Source of the DNA: a virus
DNA length: 64,000 nucleotides
IMG/VR virus record: IMGVR_UViG_3300031841_005609
Location: 42,203-106,202 of that record
Reading direction: 5' to 3' (one strand)
The translations under genes and the position numbers were made by a program. The notes beneath the pieces were generated by a model. That model had not been told where the DNA came from and did no database searches. It saw only the letters and a program-made list of their open reading frames with translations. The stretch's first letter is position 1, and each line of letters starts with the position of its first letter. This document shows positions 40,401 to 50,506 of this stretch, piece after piece.

Positions 40401-41755
40401 CTTCTGCTTTTGACACCATATACTCAATAGTCAGCGGAGTTTTCGACGGAATAGCACTTATTTTTGAAGGTCTCATAAAAGTAGTGTCTTGGGTTGGTTC
40501 GGGAATCTGGTCGGGTCTTAGCTGGGTTTTTGAAAAGCTCTGGGGAGCAGTTAAGTGGGTTGGAGGCCTCATCGGGGACATGATAGGCGGCCTTTTTGGT
40601 TTTTTCAAGAAAATCGGAAGTGCTATATGGTCCGTCTTCGAAGCACCTATCAATTGGATATCAGAGAAAGTCAAGTACTGGCTTAACAAGCTTCCTGGCT
40701 GGGCCAAGAAAAGGCTGGGAATAGGATCAGAGCTTGAGGAAGCAGCCTCAGAGGCTGCTGAACCCGTTGCTAAAAACGCTACAAAGGCAATCAAAGACGA
40801 GGTTCCAAACATGGTTGGAGCTTATAGCGGAGGCCTCGACCAAATGCAGTCACTGGCTTCGGGAGCAGATCTCGGGATGTCCATTGAGGTCACTCCGGAG
40901 TTCAAGGGCAACATGACAACCGACGCCAGGACTTTGATGTCTCTAGACCCGAGTGATAAGCTTGCAGTTAAGGTCGAAAAACTAGAGGACATGAAGAAGG
41001 TAGTCGATAACCTAAAAAAGCTTCAGGGGCTTCCCAAAGAGCTCGAGACAATGAAGAAGAAGTTTGACAAGATCGATCCGGACAAAATTGGGGCCTCTAT
41101 CATCAACCTCTTTGGCAAGATTGACGAGATCATGTATTACATCACGAATGAGATCACAACAAGAGGATACTCAACTGCAGGTGTAACTTTCGATACTTCG
41201 ATTATCGAAACTTTTGAGGGTATAAAGAAGCTAAGAGAATCACTGGACAAGGTGCTTGGCAAGGGCACCTTAAGTCAAAAGACTATAAACCTTAGAAAAG
41301 AAAACATCTCAAACGCTATAGACGCTGTGAGCGAACTAACCTACAAGGTATCGGGAGCGACAATTTACGGGGAAATGAACCCGTTTATAGAAGCCACAAT
41401 GGCTCTTCAGGGAACTCTAGAGGGAATACACGGTGAAGGAGGTCTTCTGTCTTCTGTTCCGAAGTCTATTGCAAGGAAAGTAAAGACAGCCAAGAAATCT
41501 ATAGACGAGGTTGGGAATATGATCGCCAAGATAAATAAGAGCAAGAACCTTAAGATAGCGGTTGCACTTGGTGACAAGATGTCTCAGAACGGAAAAGTAG
41601 CGATCACGATTGACAAGACTCAAATAAACTTGAACCTCAAGGTTGATATAAATGCTAGGAAGTTCGCACAAAAGCTTATTCAGGCTGATCTTAAGCCTTC
41701 ACAAAAAGGTAAGCAACGACTTGCCACGACTGACGACATCAAGGCTGCTAAGTAA
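37415..41755 (+). CDS. Tape measure protein
   Basis: 1446 aa, helical, Ala/Gly-rich, with periodic aromatic residues and hydrophobic segments; follows the chaperones. Confidence 0.9.
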   Translation: MADLNEQLRLQTELNKVIAQRQALIDKQSASLRQQAQISKEICKALECGSLEDGIKKSRDFGSSLDQAAEKAEKASQKNQGFADSIKQSGENAKGATSRFKRLFKAISNNAVKIGFTLGLMKGFGNAFKSITNLGKGLVRGFMAITRGAFNLGKAIIKIPFQIMGNLMQMAQQGGISPFRQALEKLRGEMGDLASGPARDVVNSVYNIRKTFNDSSQSAVGFGRIFGYGQEGLAKALEFSMEAAKGIGPVFHTMTEEFKENAGKLAMFQKGLGLTSEQMGDVVARAKAAGEDYNKVFAEMEHYSHHLGKAFNISSKAISRDVGEMRMDIERFGFASVKSLTETAVQTKRLGITMKTLQGVIDKFDNFEDAARSAARLRRQFGIMIDARKMVGMSGIERLEYIKKQFAASGKDITKMGRIEMKYLKEATGMDAAQLAALTGKANKNKSLNDVKKAGAKAQAKEISQAKSMLRLSKAIEKQLQSGNTSYRSFFGAFLGGFQKGVMRAGPFRKMLRNLAKSIRVVEMSGRRVGRMFVRMFPGMKDMVEGLQKLFNPGRFRPFMGEIESHFKTLFTALSASPTEVSAAMENFFSGITESYKKFFKSGGPGAKQFASGFDTFVTVIGNVGLKLVAKTSEIAANMINALADGLQKINTSKIMSGGETAAEIAGEGLSSRFGAGFSNLFTVLKDKLFPALGRIFSEMIPFVMRGLFNLMDKVKQYFKDNSKELGKKIGEALKSTFFVLIELFKNMPWEAQALIIAKIFGGALLAALIASLPGLLASGFSMIAPAIGAALTGPIGIGVAMALAGAAMETKIKEHTGKLEKEYGTQIGRVAGGLTALVDTVTFGLIPESAMTSIGTFLGDSLGSIKNVMDSLGLGVLFDGAADAASGFFKTVEGLGEVLKGIFTLDFEKVVSGFKNIGRGVTRYFIGSIKFAIGKILAIPGVLWAAVKQIPNVISAIPDMIFGVIKSAGAFIYGFFDELGIFPKETLDQVAGFFSSAFDTIYSIVSGVFDGIALIFEGLIKVVSWVGSGIWSGLSWVFEKLWGAVKWVGGLIGDMIGGLFGFFKKIGSAIWSVFEAPINWISEKVKYWLNKLPGWAKKRLGIGSELEEAASEAAEPVAKNATKAIKDEVPNMVGAYSGGLDQMQSLASGADLGMSIEVTPEFKGNMTTDARTLMSLDPSDKLAVKVEKLEDMKKVVDNLKKLQGLPKELETMKKKFDKIDPDKIGASIINLFGKIDEIMYYITNEITTRGYSTAGVTFDTSIIETFEGIKKLRESLDKVLGKGTLSQKTINLRKENISNAIDAVSELTYKVSGATIYGEMNPFIEATMALQGTLEGIHGEGGLLSSVPKSIARKVKTAKKSIDEVGNMIAKINKSKNLKIAVALGDKMSQNGKVAITIDKTQINLNLKVDINARKFAQKLIQADLKPSQKGKQRLATTDDIKAAK

Positions 41756-41776
41756 AACTAGGGACTGATACTAGAT

Positions 41777-42070
41777 ATGGAAATAAACGAAGCGATTAAA
41801 AAGTTAAGGGCTCAAAAAAACGAGGAAGGAACTCCCGGTTTCATGATATACAGGCTTCTCGAGAACGCTCATCCAGTTGTCAGAGAGGTCATAGAATACC
41901 AGGCTGCCCAGGCTCTTCGAGCCGGCGAAACTGTAGGTGAAGCATTCAGAGAAGCTTCTGCTACAAAAGAAGGCAGAGACTTTTTAGAAAAGAAGTTTTC
42001 TGAGCTTTCATCAAAAATAAACGCAGCTACTTCTTTTGAAAATGAAGAAACTGGAGATGAAGATGACTGA
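41777..42070 (+). CDS. Hypothetical protein
   Basis: Short ORF filling the gap after the tape measure gene. Confidence 0.6.
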   Translation: MEINEAIKKLRAQKNEEGTPGFMIYRLLENAHPVVREVIEYQAAQALRAGETVGEAFREASATKEGRDFLEKKFSELSSKINAATSFENEETGDEDD

Positions 42071-45000
42071 GAGCAGTAAAAGAGAGACTCTAGGAAACCT
42101 TATGAAACGTCCTGAAGAGTCTGAGTCTTCTGCTGCATCTAGAGCGTATGCTAATTCTTCTATTCCGGGAGGTCCCGATCAAGATCTTGTCGAGGAACAT
42201 CTCGACACTCTGAGAAAATATGCTGAGTCTCAAACAGAAGGAAACACGTTTAGACCGAGCACTGCAGAGATAGTCGCACCAGACCTTTCATCAGGCGTTC
42301 TCTCACAGACAACATCAGGCTTTCTTGTCAGAGCAAGCTCAATTGATCCCGATACCAAAGCCTACTATGAGTCTTCTGATTCTGGTATTTTCGTATCAAC
42401 CGATTCATTAATAGACTTCGGTGGAAAAAAGTTCTCGAAAAATTCTCAAGCCCAATCAGGGCCCGATGTTCTCACAGGTCACGACCTTCTTATCAGCGAG
42501 GCTGAAAGCAAACACAAATCTCCTCGGCCAGGCAGCGCCTATCGAGATCTCACTCGAATCGACCCAGCGACGACTCCGAATCGTCCAATTGCAGCTGCAG
42601 TATATCAGAGCCTGATTAATCACAATGTGTATCACCCTTCTGACAGTTCTCCGTTTTTGGATTATAGACCGTCTGTCGAAGGAGAAGGAGCTTTTTCAAA
42701 CGGAATATTCTCTTTTCAAAAAGAGCTAGGTGTTTTTAATAAAAATGCCGACAGAATATCAATTAAGGAATTGAGAAAAGTTGCAGGAGACCTTCTACTC
42801 AAGGCTCAATCGATATCAGACGGAGACGCGAAAACTGTCATTGACAGTTTCGCTGATAATGGTTTTTTCGGAAGCACACTTGATAAGTTAGTTCTACTTC
42901 CTCACACAACTCAGGTAGGTTCCGGGCAAATATCTGTAGAGAAATTGCGGGCAAGAGTTAGAAAAGCCGAAGAAATGTCATCAGGATTCGACGAAGCCGG
43001 AACATATAGCGGACAGGACGATTTATTGCTTGTTCAGACATTTAAAACAGGCATGGCGGATCAAGGAAAAGATCCGTTCATTAGCTCTCTTACGAAAGCA
43101 GATTCCGCAAGCTCTTATGGTACATTAAACTCTCCCGCAGAGCCTTTCAACGGACCCTTTCCTGCTGGTATGATAATGCCCGTAGTATACTCTATAGTTG
43201 CGGTAGGTATATTCGGCTTGATGCTTCCAGGCGTCATTTCTACTTTGTCTGATGGCCACCCTGAGCATGTAAGGGATCCAGAAAGCCCCCAGACTCTAGC
43301 CCTAGGAAGAAACTACACCACCGACGCCGGCATCGGGACAAAGACTCTTGAGCTTTTTGGGTTTCCTAGAATGGAAAACACTGGATTCTTTAGCAACATT
43401 GCTGCGGGCATGATGTCGTTTTACGGATTTCCTGATCCTATAACTCCTTTCTCTCTGTTTGGGCCTGACTTTATAGACAGTCTTGTCAATGTTCTCTTTG
43501 CTCCTGGGTACTATCTGGTTATCACGAAAGGAATTCTCAGAGATATCTCAAAGATAACTGAGGCTTTTTCCAACATCAATACGTCTTCTGGAGTTTTCGG
43601 TGCTGTGACTTCTTTTTTTGTTGCAGTAGAGTCAATATTCACTTCTTTTACGTTTAAGTTTTTCGTCACGATGGCAAAGACGGGCCAGCAAATTATGAAA
43701 GGTCTGTTGCAGCCCGGAAGAGACGGACATGGTGGTTTGGTTCCGACATACAACGATCAGAAAAATACTCGACCTGAGTCTCTCACGGGAAGAAACAGGC
43801 TTGCTTATTCTAGGATTCATACCTCTCGAGAGGATGCCGAGTCGCCATTATCCCTCAGGAAACACATGGCTGCTTGGCTTTCAAACGAAGTTCACGCAGC
43901 TCTCTCAACACAAAAGCTTCCGGCGTCTCCGGAAGGTGAAGGTGAGCCTGTCAAAGTTCTCGAGTCTCATGTTGCTGAAAAAACCCCGATCAGACTTACT
44001 GCAAAGCAAGTTGAGTACGTAGAAGATATCATTGATGCCGAATATGTTCCGTTTTCAATACAGGACTTGAGAACGAACGAAATATTCAGCATGCCTGCTT
44101 TTATAACTAGCATATCTGATGATTTTGCAGTCCAGCATGGTACTTCTCACGGATACGGAAGAACTGATCCCGTCTATTCTTACGCAAAAACTGTGAGAAG
44201 CATAAATCTTGTTTTTGACATGATAGCAATGAACGAGAGAGATCATAACTATCTCTATATTCTTTTAAATAAACTCACTGCGATGTGCTATCCGCAGAGA
44301 GATGCTGGCCTGATAAGAGCCCAGGAGAACGGACAGTTTTTCTCTCAGCCGTTTTCACAGACTCCAACTGCTTCTCCTGTCGTTAGAATAAGACTAGGTG
44401 ATCTCCTTGCTTCGAATAAGTCCGCTCGAGCAATGGAAAATATCTTCGGCGGACCCGATATTCTAGGCTTAAAAGCTGAAAAGACCGCCAACTTGAGTCA
44501 AAAGTCACAAGATCTTACTGCAAAAAGAAGAGAAAACCTCTTAAAGGTAGGAGAAGAAAAAGCAAAGCTCTATAAGCAGTTCGCTGAAGGTCAAATTGAC
44601 CCCGGGACTGAGATAGTGATCCCTGCAGGAACAACTTTAGCACTTAGGGGATCTGATAAGTTTGCCACCTTTAGAACTCTTTTACCCGCTCAGGTCAAGA
44701 TCAAGGGTACTGAAGAGTTTTCTGGCTCCCCTGACAATGTCAATCTAGGACAAAAAGCTGGTGACGGAGAGGCCAAAGAAGCTCTCTATCAAATAGAGCT
44801 CCCGAAAGAAATTACCGAAAACCGAAAGCAGGCATATAATTTCGGAGGAGTCACGCTTGCTGCTCTCGTCAACAACTCAGAAGGCGGTGGATTACTAGGA
44901 GGGCTTCTAGGCAACGACTCCGGACCAACAGTCTTCATAAAGAAGTCTACAAAGATTGATATCTTTGATGAAGATGTCCTGAAATCACTCCAGCTTAATG

Positions 45001-45422
45001 ACGAAGACCGCCGACCCTTTGACGAAGTTCAGAAATTTCTTGATCCCGAGACCAATCCTGTTGTTAGATCCATAAATAACGGATCTCCGGGAAGAGGCTT
45101 AGCGGGCGTAATAACTCAGCTTTCTCTTTCTTATGAAGGCTCCATTTGGGGAACTGGAGAAGAATCCAGGCTGCAGGGTTTAAAAGCTCCCAAAAGAATT
45201 CAAGTCACTTTAGCATTCGCTCCCATTCATGATCTTCCGTTGGGTCTTACATCAACGGGTGATCTTTTTGCACCTTCACATCCCGTCGGATCTTATTCCA
45301 GAAAGACGTTCGACGGAAAGAAAGCTGCTCATGAAAAGTACTTCAAAGAAAATATAAAAAAGGCTAATAATTTAAACGAGAAGAAACTTAAAGATCCGAC
45401 TGAGACTTCTCTTTCTTTTTAG
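42063..45422 (+). CDS. Large baseplate protein with tube-initiator-like domain and hydrophobic segments
   Basis: SD GGAG before ATG 42063. AFITSISDDF..YGRTDPVYSY..RSINLVF..LTAMCYP..PVVRIRLGDL..GVITQLSLSY..PKRIQVTLAF (gp48/gp54-type fold). Confidence 0.65.
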   Translation: MTESSKRETLGNLMKRPEESESSAASRAYANSSIPGGPDQDLVEEHLDTLRKYAESQTEGNTFRPSTAEIVAPDLSSGVLSQTTSGFLVRASSIDPDTKAYYESSDSGIFVSTDSLIDFGGKKFSKNSQAQSGPDVLTGHDLLISEAESKHKSPRPGSAYRDLTRIDPATTPNRPIAAAVYQSLINHNVYHPSDSSPFLDYRPSVEGEGAFSNGIFSFQKELGVFNKNADRISIKELRKVAGDLLLKAQSISDGDAKTVIDSFADNGFFGSTLDKLVLLPHTTQVGSGQISVEKLRARVRKAEEMSSGFDEAGTYSGQDDLLLVQTFKTGMADQGKDPFISSLTKADSASSYGTLNSPAEPFNGPFPAGMIMPVVYSIVAVGIFGLMLPGVISTLSDGHPEHVRDPESPQTLALGRNYTTDAGIGTKTLELFGFPRMENTGFFSNIAAGMMSFYGFPDPITPFSLFGPDFIDSLVNVLFAPGYYLVITKGILRDISKITEAFSNINTSSGVFGAVTSFFVAVESIFTSFTFKFFVTMAKTGQQIMKGLLQPGRDGHGGLVPTYNDQKNTRPESLTGRNRLAYSRIHTSREDAESPLSLRKHMAAWLSNEVHAALSTQKLPASPEGEGEPVKVLESHVAEKTPIRLTAKQVEYVEDIIDAEYVPFSIQDLRTNEIFSMPAFITSISDDFAVQHGTSHGYGRTDPVYSYAKTVRSINLVFDMIAMNERDHNYLYILLNKLTAMCYPQRDAGLIRAQENGQFFSQPFSQTPTASPVVRIRLGDLLASNKSARAMENIFGGPDILGLKAEKTANLSQKSQDLTAKRRENLLKVGEEKAKLYKQFAEGQIDPGTEIVIPAGTTLALRGSDKFATFRTLLPAQVKIKGTEEFSGSPDNVNLGQKAGDGEAKEALYQIELPKEITENRKQAYNFGGVTLAALVNNSEGGGLLGGLLGNDSGPTVFIKKSTKIDIFDEDVLKSLQLNDEDRRPFDEVQKFLDPETNPVVRSINNGSPGRGLAGVITQLSLSYEGSIWGTGEESRLQGLKAPKRIQVTLAFAPIHDLPLGLTSTGDLFAPSHPVGSYSRKTFDGKKAAHEKYFKENIKKANNLNEKKLKDPTETSLSF

Positions 45423-45437
45423 TGAGGCAAACAAGAT

Positions 45438-45728
45438 ATGGTCTCTAGATATACAAACGATGATCCCATAAGGGATGGGAAAGTAAGAAGAACAGCCACA
45501 GCTGTCGACAGAATTAGAACTGCTGTCCGACGGGGCTCCTTTCAAACAACTGAAAGAGTACTAAAAGAGGGAGAACGTCTCGATCAAATAGCAGGCCAGC
45601 TTTACGGGGATGGATCTCTTTGGTGGGTAATAGCTGCTACTTCGAACATAGGCTGGCACCTTCAGGCACCCCCGGGAACAATTCTAAGAGTCCCCTTAAA
45701 CATTTCTGATGTCCTGAGGTATGTCTAA
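45438..45728 (+). CDS. LysM/tail-X-like baseplate protein (gp53-like)
   Basis: GERLDQIAGQLYGDGSLWWVIA..N....PGTILRVP. Confidence 0.85.
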   Translation: MVSRYTNDDPIRDGKVRRTATAVDRIRTAVRRGSFQTTERVLKEGERLDQIAGQLYGDGSLWWVIAATSNIGWHLQAPPGTILRVPLNISDVLRYV

Positions 45729-48700
45729 TGGATCCAATGTCAAAGGTTAGAAGAGCCCGACTAGATCAAGCTGTCAAAGAGTTGTTAGACTTTCAGGGCT
45801 CTAGGGGACCTATTCTTCAGGCGACAGATGGAGTTGACGTAGAGACTGCTAAGAAAAAAAGACAAAGCAATACTGCTGCAAGCAAGATAGCAAGAGATTT
45901 CTTGAGGCAAGGAGAGATTATTGAGACCGTAGGCAGACTTGTTGAAAAGTGCGAAGAAACTTTAGGGAAAGATCTCGCTGCTTATGAAGAGCTTGGAATA
46001 ATAATCACTCCAAGCAGTGAAGATTCTAAGTCAGGAGATAGATCAGCAGCGTCAGGGTCAGGAAAACCCGGGATCAACATAATAGATTCAATGCTATGTA
46101 ACAGCAATACGGATCAAGGGGTTGACAAGCCCACATCAGGAAAAGCATACACGGTTCTTAACGATCTCACTCCTACGAACACGAAGGGCTCGAAGACAGT
46201 TGATGACGGAGTTCCTGAGTTTCACATAATTCAGGTGATGAACCCAGAGCATACTCCGGCTTCTCTAAACACTGAAATATGTACCGTTGCAATGAATCAG
46301 CTTCCAACTGTCGAGCTCTCTAAGGCAGTTCCTTTTCTAAACATAGAGTTTCTTGCGAACGAGGGCGTTAAAGCGGCTGGTAAAGCAAACAAAACGAGAG
46401 GTATAACAACTAGTAGATTTCTTCTTGGAAAGAACTTAGGTGAAAAAAGTAAGTACAGAGATTTTGTTCTAGCTGAATTCTTGCCCGTTACAGACTTTGC
46501 AGAGTCTGATCCTGAAAGTGAATCTGTGATCGCCGGCATGGATCTTTTCACTTCTCCTCAAACGATGGTGCCCGTTGACGCTTTTGAAGTTGGGACTAAG
46601 TCTTATAAAGATCCCTTTAGACCTTTTATGTCCATTGATAGCTTTGTTTTGACTGCTAATTCTCCAAAGTACGGAATGGATCCCAATGCAGCAGATGTAA
46701 GTGCTACTATAGAAATAATTCTTCATGACAGAGCTAGGCTACAAGATATTCAAGAGCTCGTAACTCCTGGTGGATTCTCCGCCGGCGGAAGAATGAGGAT
46801 AACATATGGGTTTGCTCATCCTGACGGAAGCTTTGCAAGACCTTCAGACGCTCAAAAGCAAAAAGCCCTTTACGGTCAAATAATAGACGGTCTGAGAGTT
46901 TCTGAGCTTTTTAATGTTTACAGCTCAGAGTTTAATATGACAGAAGACGGAGAAGTGAAGATAACAGTCTCGGCTATGTCAAACTCTTCTGAGACAGGAT
47001 TCGCAGCTTTGAATATCACAGATGCCTGGGACGGATCAGCTACTTTTACCGAGATAGCTAGAAAGTTTAAAGAGCTCAAATATCTCATAACGGATTTGAG
47101 CGCTAGAGATAATATGAAAGAGATCGTCGTCCCCACTATTTTTGGAACCAATGGTGATATCGGGGGCTCTGCGATAGACAAAAAGACTCTAGCAACGATC
47201 ACATCATACATCAACGCTATAGTAGCAAAAACCGCAGATACAGAAGCAACCCAGACCACGGCAAAGATCAAAGAAATCTCAGATGCTCTCTTTAAAGATA
47301 CAAAAGGTGATCTTTCTATTGCAAAGGCATCCACGAACAGGGAATCTGTTCTCAAGTCTATTCTGACTTATTTAAGGTATTCCCCAGATCCTTTCGGTCG
47401 ACCGATGATGAAAGGAACCCCTTCTGTCACGAACATCAAACCTACACGAGGATTCACAGACAAGCAAGTCCAGACCGGTAAAGCAAAGACCAGAAAAGAA
47501 ACTCAGAAAAAGCATGTTACTTTTGGAAAGGCGTTGGCTGCTTTGATCGGAATACCTATGCAGAAGGCATATGCTGGGAAAGCTTACGAAATCCAGATGA
47601 TATTCTATGGTTTTAACGATTCAGCGGGAGGAGTTCAAGACTATAACATAGCTTCGTTTCCCATTCAATATGATGACCTTGAGAAAGTTTTGACTAGTGA
47701 GTTTAAGAAAAATACCACTCTAAGCTTGGGCCAAGTTCTCTCTCTTTTAAATTCTAACTTTCTACAAAAAGAAGATTCTCCTGCTTACGGAGTTGGAAAC
47801 ATCCCCAAGAACGTAACTCAGCAACAGGCTCTGAACGAGATGTACGGTCTTAAGCCTATTTTTCCACATTCAGAATTTAGACTTCCTCAGATAGGTGTTT
47901 CCCTTAGGTCTTTTACTGGAACTGCAGATGGAAACAATCCGAACAAGACTATCATAAGGATAGAAATCTATGATGCTCGCTGTGGTGTCTTAAGTGCCTC
48001 TAGAAGACTTCTTAAGGCAGCCTCTAGAGATGGCTTTTTCTATAGTTTTTCAAGGCAAACTCAAAAACCGTCACCTGGGAAGCACAGCGCTGGAATGAAT
48101 CACGAGAAACGAATAGCTGAAGCCGAGAAGGTGATAGAACCCTATCTTGCTGACGTGTCCAAGACTGAGATCGAAAAAGCACTGAAAAAAGCCGAGCCTG
48201 GAACAACCCTTGAAGCTCTCATCAAAGCCATCGCAGAAGATGTCAAGACTGTAAAGCTCACAAAACATGGTGTGGTAAGTCTGTTAAAAGAAACTTTTCC
48301 GTCTCTTGTTTATGGCTCTGATTCAACAGGAATAATATCTGCAGACGTCTCCTCTTTTAAAGATGAAGGTGCAGTTGAGCTGGCGATCGCTAGAGAAAAC
48401 GACGCCGTAAAAAAAACCAAAGTAGCATCTTCTGAAATCGTCTCCCAGGTCTATCCTGTTGAGTGTAAATTAAATACTCTTGGTTGCCCATTTTTTAATT
48501 TTTCCCAACAGTATTTTATTGATTTTGGAACAGGCACCTCTATCGACAACATATACGGTGTCAATACAGTTGAGCATACCCTCTCAGCAGGAGAGTTTAA
48601 AACTAGCTTAAGCCTCATGCAGGAAGACACATTTCCTGTTCTTATAACTCCGGAGTCTGGAATTGCTGATCTTCTAGTTGCTTCCCTTCTTGCTCTTCCC

Positions 48701-48730
48701 ATAGAAAAAGCTCAAGACGAGAAAAAATAG
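45728..48730 (+). CDS. Baseplate hub protein (gp27/GpD-like)
   Basis: MRITYGF; C-terminal LNTLGCP...FIDFGTGTSIDNIYGVNTVEHTLSAGEFKTSL; follows the LysM gene. Confidence 0.6.
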   Translation: MDPMSKVRRARLDQAVKELLDFQGSRGPILQATDGVDVETAKKKRQSNTAASKIARDFLRQGEIIETVGRLVEKCEETLGKDLAAYEELGIIITPSSEDSKSGDRSAASGSGKPGINIIDSMLCNSNTDQGVDKPTSGKAYTVLNDLTPTNTKGSKTVDDGVPEFHIIQVMNPEHTPASLNTEICTVAMNQLPTVELSKAVPFLNIEFLANEGVKAAGKANKTRGITTSRFLLGKNLGEKSKYRDFVLAEFLPVTDFAESDPESESVIAGMDLFTSPQTMVPVDAFEVGTKSYKDPFRPFMSIDSFVLTANSPKYGMDPNAADVSATIEIILHDRARLQDIQELVTPGGFSAGGRMRITYGFAHPDGSFARPSDAQKQKALYGQIIDGLRVSELFNVYSSEFNMTEDGEVKITVSAMSNSSETGFAALNITDAWDGSATFTEIARKFKELKYLITDLSARDNMKEIVVPTIFGTNGDIGGSAIDKKTLATITSYINAIVAKTADTEATQTTAKIKEISDALFKDTKGDLSIAKASTNRESVLKSILTYLRYSPDPFGRPMMKGTPSVTNIKPTRGFTDKQVQTGKAKTRKETQKKHVTFGKALAALIGIPMQKAYAGKAYEIQMIFYGFNDSAGGVQDYNIASFPIQYDDLEKVLTSEFKKNTTLSLGQVLSLLNSNFLQKEDSPAYGVGNIPKNVTQQQALNEMYGLKPIFPHSEFRLPQIGVSLRSFTGTADGNNPNKTIIRIEIYDARCGVLSASRRLLKAASRDGFFYSFSRQTQKPSPGKHSAGMNHEKRIAEAEKVIEPYLADVSKTEIEKALKKAEPGTTLEALIKAIAEDVKTVKLTKHGVVSLLKETFPSLVYGSDSTGIISADVSSFKDEGAVELAIARENDAVKKTKVASSEIVSQVYPVECKLNTLGCPFFNFSQQYFIDFGTGTSIDNIYGVNTVEHTLSAGEFKTSLSLMQEDTFPVLITPESGIADLLVASLLALPIEKAQDEKK

Positions 48731-48732
48731 CT

Positions 48733-48760
48733 TTGTAAAAAACAAATATTTTTTTATACT
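48733..48760 (+). promoter_or_regulatory. Sigma70-like promoter TTGTAA-16-TATACT
   Basis: The ATG lies 6 nt downstream (48767), suggesting a leaderless mRNA. Confidence 0.55.
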
Positions 48761-48766
48761 CTGAGT

Positions 48767-49903
48767 ATGGATCTAATATACAGACAGTCAGATGGGTTCG
48801 AGTGCTCTCTCGGAGAGTTCGACAGTGGAGAAGAAAGAATTTATTTTTCTCTTGATGAAAGGCTAGACGACGTCAAAGACTTTCTCAGAATAGTAAAGGA
48901 GTCTGTTGATACTCTCGATTTTCCCTATCTTAAGATGCAAGAGACTTTGTCCCTAAGCGGGTCTGAGATCTTTAGAGCTTTACCAGCTCAGAAAAGAAAC
49001 GCGATGTGTGAAAGAGTATATCAGGCTCTTAAAAAGTCGCTGGCTGTCAAAGAAAATGAAGTCTATCTCTCTTCTTACATTGAGCAAAAGAACTTTCTAA
49101 GAAGCTTGAAAATGCCAGTTTTCTGCCCAGAAAAGACAAAGGTTTTGTGCAGTAAAATAGATCACGAAAACACCCGAAAAAGAGTTGCTTCCATAGATAA
49201 GGCAGATCAAAAGACTCAGTATAGCATGTCTGGGACTGTGACAGGTCGTCTTGTTGTAACTAAAGGACCAAATATATTGACTCTTCCGTCGTCAGTCAGA
49301 GGATGCATCAAATCGATGTATTCATCTGGAAAAATTCTTCAGATCGATCTAACAGCGGCAGAACCTTTTCTCGCCCTTCTCAGGGCTGGAAAAGAGCCGC
49401 CCGAAGATATCTATTCGCATGTAGCAGATCACGTCCTAGAAGGAAAAGTCTCTAGATCTGAAGCTAAGCTAGTAACCCTTTCAGCACTGTATGGACAGTC
49501 TTCTTCTAACTTGTCTAAAAAGCTTCCTGAGTCTATAAACGCTAGAGACGTAATATCTCGAACAAAAGAATATTTTGAGTCAAAAAGATTAGCCTCAGAG
49601 TTGTCTCATGCAAACAGATCCGGAAATTTTAGAAATATACTCGGACGACCAATTTTTCTAGAAGATGCTCGAGATAGCCTTCTTATAAGCTACTATCTTC
49701 AGAGTTCCATAGCTGAATGCTCTATTCTTCTCTTTTCTGATTTTTACAAGAAGTTTAGATCAGTCATGAAACCGTACTATGTCATACACGATGCTCTTAT
49801 CTTCGATGCAGAAGAAGAGTTTAGCCGGCGCCTCCTTCAAAAAGAGTCCATAACTCTTTCTCTTGGTACATGGAAATTTAAAGCTAAAGTGTCTGAGGTC
49901 TAG
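48767..49903 (+). CDS. Short family A DNA polymerase (polymerase domain only)
   Basis: TVTGRL, motif A DLTAAEP, motif B RSEAKLVTLSALYG, YYLQSS, motif C VIHDALIFD. No exonuclease domain is evident. Confidence 0.8.
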   Translation: MDLIYRQSDGFECSLGEFDSGEERIYFSLDERLDDVKDFLRIVKESVDTLDFPYLKMQETLSLSGSEIFRALPAQKRNAMCERVYQALKKSLAVKENEVYLSSYIEQKNFLRSLKMPVFCPEKTKVLCSKIDHENTRKRVASIDKADQKTQYSMSGTVTGRLVVTKGPNILTLPSSVRGCIKSMYSSGKILQIDLTAAEPFLALLRAGKEPPEDIYSHVADHVLEGKVSRSEAKLVTLSALYGQSSSNLSKKLPESINARDVISRTKEYFESKRLASELSHANRSGNFRNILGRPIFLEDARDSLLISYYLQSSIAECSILLFSDFYKKFRSVMKPYYVIHDALIFDAEEEFSRRLLQKESITLSLGTWKFKAKVSEV

Positions 49904-49919
49904 AATATTTAAGAAAGAT

Positions 49920-50462
49920 ATGAAAAAGCACTACGAAAAAATCATTAAAGAGTCTATTAGAAGAATTCTTCTAGAAGAAACTGAAGCTTCCCAAGAAGAA
50001 AAAGCTTCTGAGCCGAAAGAGAAAAAGTCTTCATCTTCTGCTGATATTCTAACAAAAGGAGCTTTTGGTTCTGGGGGAAGATCTAAGTCGTTCGTAGCTG
50101 GTGCTAAGGCTCGAGCAGAAAAAGATCCAAAGGGTTTGCTTAAAGATCTTGGGATAACTGGCCCTCCTGGGGGATCTTCTGATTTAGATAGAGTCCTGAG
50201 AATACTAAACGGTGCTATTCACTCAAACAGTGTGATGTCACAAGCCTACGCCGGCGCTTCTCTTGGGAAAGATGTTCCTTCCGGGGGAGATAAATCTGTA
50301 AGAGTCATAGGTGTCAACTTAGGAGAGTTAGACCGAAAAAATGGGGTAAGGTTTCTTGCTCACACTCTTAGAGCAGCCAAAAACGCCGGATTTCTCTCCC
50401 TGAGCAAATCAGTTCAGTTCGGTCAGGGTGATTCTTTTCCAATTATCATCTCTTCTGTTTGA
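49920..50462 (+). CDS. Hypothetical protein (late-promoter motif upstream)
   Basis: ATATTTA at 49905; N-terminal IIKESIRRILLEE helix. Confidence 0.65.
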   Translation: MKKHYEKIIKESIRRILLEETEASQEEKASEPKEKKSSSSADILTKGAFGSGGRSKSFVAGAKARAEKDPKGLLKDLGITGPPGGSSDLDRVLRILNGAIHSNSVMSQAYAGASLGKDVPSGGDKSVRVIGVNLGELDRKNGVRFLAHTLRAAKNAGFLSLSKSVQFGQGDSFPIIISSV

Positions 50463-50506
50463 ACATCTTCTATTCCTTTCTTACATTTGTCTGGAAAGGA
50501 ATAAAA

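Noticed and set aside
28720-48730. Bacterial extracellular contractile injection system or tailocin
   Set aside because: Terminase, portal, capsid and a full replication module are linked to the tail genes, so this is a phage.
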